Source of the DNA: Candidatus Hydrogenedentota bacterium
GTDB lineage: Bacteria > Hydrogenedentota > Hydrogenedentia > Hydrogenedentales > SLHB01
Length of the DNA stretch: 25,557 nt
Assembly: GCA_045863295.1 (NCBI GenBank)
Contig: BTWA01000055.1
Coordinates: 1-25,557, forward strand
Reading direction: 5' to 3'
Shown here one piece after another: positions 23,664 through 25,557 of the stretch. Under the pieces are notes generated by a model. The model was not told where the DNA came from. It worked only from the letters and a program-made list of their open reading frames with translations, and made no database searches. Position numbers and translations under genes: made by a program. Every line of letters starts with the position of its first letter. Within the stretch, counting starts at the first letter, position 1.

Positions 23664-24223
23664 AACTTTTCCTCCACGGACAAGGAATCTGGGCCGAGTT
23701 CGTGGCTATACTCCTCGAACCCAATATCCGTGACTTCTGGTCTCCGGTCGCTGACCATCGCTTTGGCTTCTACTGGATCGGCAGCGTCAACTTCGTAGTG
23801 CCGGACGTGTACTTCTCGGACGCCGACGATGTAGGTTCGTTTCTCCGCGGACGCGGAACAACGCATCACCGGACTCGCGCCTGAAGTGGATTCCGCCTCC
23901 GGAACGAGATCGCTGGCGAGCGCCAGGACGCCTCGCAGAGAATTACGAATCGTCGTCAAAGCGCGTGTCGTGCTGTCACGACTCGCTGACTCCTCCGTAA
24001 GCGCACGCTGGACCTCGCTGAACACTGCGCCGCAGAGCTCGCGAAGTACGGCGATATGCTCGGCTACGTTTGAAGTCACCCATTGCTGGGCGTCCAGGTC
24101 TGACTCAAACTTCGCACAGGCGTCACACCGCTGAAGTTCCAGCGCATGCGTGTCTGTGTTGAACATCACCAGCCAACCGCGGCCGTTGCATTCGGAGCAG
24201 CCATGAGCTTCGTGTGTACTCAT
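23660..24223 (-). CDS. Hypothetical protein with N-terminal Zn-ribbon (CxxC...CxxC), 187 aa
   Basis: Start moved to ATG 24223 (ATGA overlap, RBS AAGGAGGAG). CSECNGRG...RCDAC, with C-terminal YIVGVREVHVRHYEVDAADPVEA. Confidence 0.75.
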   Translation of the reverse strand: MSTHEAHGCSECNGRGWLVMFNTDTHALELQRCDACAKFESDLDAQQWVTSNVAEHIAVLRELCGAVFSEVQRALTEESASRDSTTRALTTIRNSLRGVLALASDLVPEAESTSGASPVMRCSASAEKRTYIVGVREVHVRHYEVDAADPVEAKAMVSDRRPEVTDIGFEEYSHELGPDSLSVEEKL

Positions 24224-24510
24224 GTCTCCTCCTTCGGACGTCTCTCCGGGAAGTCCTTGTAGTACTCGACCTCTATCGCGTCCGCGAACTCCTCGCGCAA
24301 CGCGTCTACTTCGAGGGAAGGTTGGAACACGACAAAGCATTCGCCGTCATCCAGGTGAAGGGTTGTGGCAATGGACCAGACTTCGTTCGAGAAGGACACG
24401 TCCACGACGGTGTGTCCCTTGAGCATCTTGCGGATTTCCCGCAGGTGCTTCTTTCCGGCCTTCGAACGCATGAAGCGTTCGATGTCGGCCATGTTGCAGG
24501 CGTCTCCCAT
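24220..24510 (-). CDS. Small hypothetical protein, paralog of 24846-25106
   Basis: RBS GAGGAGG; shares FMR...IATTLHLD with the paralog. Confidence 0.8.
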   Translation of the reverse strand: MGDACNMADIERFMRSKAGKKHLREIRKMLKGHTVVDVSFSNEVWSIATTLHLDDGECFVVFQPSLEVDALREEFADAIEVEYYKDFPERRPKEET

Positions 24511-24513
24511 GGT

Positions 24514-24816
24514 TCACTCCTCCTCTCCGTAAAGCGCTTTCTTCAGCGTCGGGGCAATTTTCTGGAACTCGTGCCAGGAACCGTTGAGGGAAATGCCCCG
24601 CTCGAATTGAAGGAGGTTTTCCAGCAGTTGCCGCTCGTCCTCGGTGGCCTCCGCTGTGGCGGTGGCCAAGAGTTCAAGCGGTTCCACGGGAACTTCCTGC
24701 TCGGTGCAGGCGTCGGTGTAGCTGCGGGTGTAGTCGTCTCCAAGACGCCATCCCCAGCCAGTCACTCCGTCGTCTCCCACGAACTTGGTTCGAGTAAGTT
24801 GTGCTCGGTTGCTCAT
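24514..24816 (-). CDS. Small hypothetical protein, 100 aa
   Basis: Start moved to ATG 24816 after AAAGGA; packed 3 nt from the next gene. Confidence 0.7.
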   Translation of the reverse strand: MSNRAQLTRTKFVGDDGVTGWGWRLGDDYTRSYTDACTEQEVPVEPLELLATATAEATEDERQLLENLLQFERGISLNGSWHEFQKIAPTLKKALYGEEE

Positions 24817-24845
24817 TTGGTTTTCCTTTCTGACTTGTTTGCCGC

Positions 24846-25106
24846 TCAAGGCTTGTTGTCGAGTTGCCAGAAGAACGCGCTGAATTGGTCATACAGCGTG
24901 TCCAACAGCAGTTCTTCGTCCATGACGCGGTAGGTTTCGTTGTTGTCCAGGTGAAAAGTTGTGGCGATGCCATCGTCTGTCGCGGCGAAGGTGACGCGCT
25001 GGATGGTCCGGCCTCGCAGGTGAGTCTTGATTCCCTCAAGCCAGGCGCGTCCTTCCGAACCGCGCATGAACGCGTGTGTATCTTTCAGGCGTCGAGAAGC
25101 TGACAT
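24846..25106 (-). CDS. Small hypothetical protein, paralog of 24220-24510
   Basis: Start moved to ATG 25106 after GGGAGG; FMRGSEG...IATTFHLD. Confidence 0.75.
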   Translation of the reverse strand: MSASRRLKDTHAFMRGSEGRAWLEGIKTHLRGRTIQRVTFAATDDGIATTFHLDNNETYRVMDEELLLDTLYDQFSAFFWQLDNKP

Positions 25107-25557
25107 TGGCTCATCCTCCCGTCCTGAAAGACCCTCACCGTACGTTTGTCCACCGTCACGCGGACGGTGTCGTAGTACCGGTCCATCCACTGGCAGAACT
25201 TGTCCACCACCTCTTCGAAGGTTTCCGGAGTGTAGTCCAGTGTGAGACAGCTCCGCGGATAGTTCGCGTCGTGCTGCCGGAAGAACCCGCCGGTAAAACC
25301 CTTGTCGCCGTAGTGGTCAAGAGTGAACTTGGCCCGCCAGGTGAAGATGGAATTGGCGTGGCCCCAGCGGCCCGGCTCCTCGATGAGTTCCATGAGATGC
25401 CTGGCCCGTTCGAGTACGGCCGAGGCCTCCATGCTGCGTTGGGCCCAGCCGATGTAGATGCAGGAGCCCAGCCCGAAGGCCTTGCTCCGGTGTCCGGTGA
25501 CGATGCGCCATACGGTGGGATGATCGTCCGCCCACGCGATGACGCGGGCAAGCGACG
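25085..25557 (-). CDS. Hypothetical protein, 5'-partial (start probably beyond the right edge)
   Basis: The frame of ORF 25085-25432 stays open to the window end (...SLARVIAWADDHPTVWRIVTGHRSKAFGLGSCIYIGWAQRS-MEAS...). Confidence 0.7.
   Translation of the reverse strand, partial: SLARVIAWADDHPTVWRIVTGHRSKAFGLGSCIYIGWAQRSMEASAVLERARHLMELIEEPGRWGHANSIFTWRAKFTLDHYGDKGFTGGFFRQHDANYPRSCLTLDYTPETFEEVVDKFCQWMDRYYDTVRVTVDKRTVRVFQDGRMSQCQLLDA

Noticed and set aside
1..25557. CRISPR array, tRNA/rRNA, transposase or integrase
   Set aside because: No regularly spaced repeats, RNA gene signatures or recombinase motifs found by eye; element boundaries are probably outside the window.

Overview
The window has three blocks. 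(1) 1-12751, minus strand: a tightly coupled operon of about 12 genes that runs off the left edge. In transcription order it encodes a RelA/SpoT-type HD hydrolase-like protein, a Hanks-type Ser/Thr kinase that appears split by a 1-nt frameshift from a membrane-anchored C-terminal part, a large HerA/FtsK/VirB4-like P-loop ATPase, two coiled-coil proteins, a WD40-like beta-propeller protein, an HTH protein, an unknown alpha/beta protein, and an AAA-less Lon (S16) Ser-Lys protease with a ~190-aa C-terminal domain that I cannot assign. That domain is repeated as two stand-alone genes downstream, one of which is missing from the ORF track. I do not recognise this gene combination as a named system; it is the best candidate here for an undescribed protease/kinase/ATPase signalling or conflict system. 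(2) 13024-16710, plus strand: a divergently transcribed NACHT/STAND (NLR-like) NTPase that looks more AT-rich by eye. (3) 16840-25557, mostly minus strand: mobile-element-like cargo with a MoxR-type AAA+ ATPase, a DUF2201-like metallopeptidase-VWA protein, a GP88-like protein, a SAP-motif protein, many small paralogous ORFs, recurrent intergenic hairpins and an opposite-strand SUFU-like gene. No rRNA, tRNA, CRISPR array, transposase or integrase was seen. All family calls come from motifs read by eye, not from database searches.
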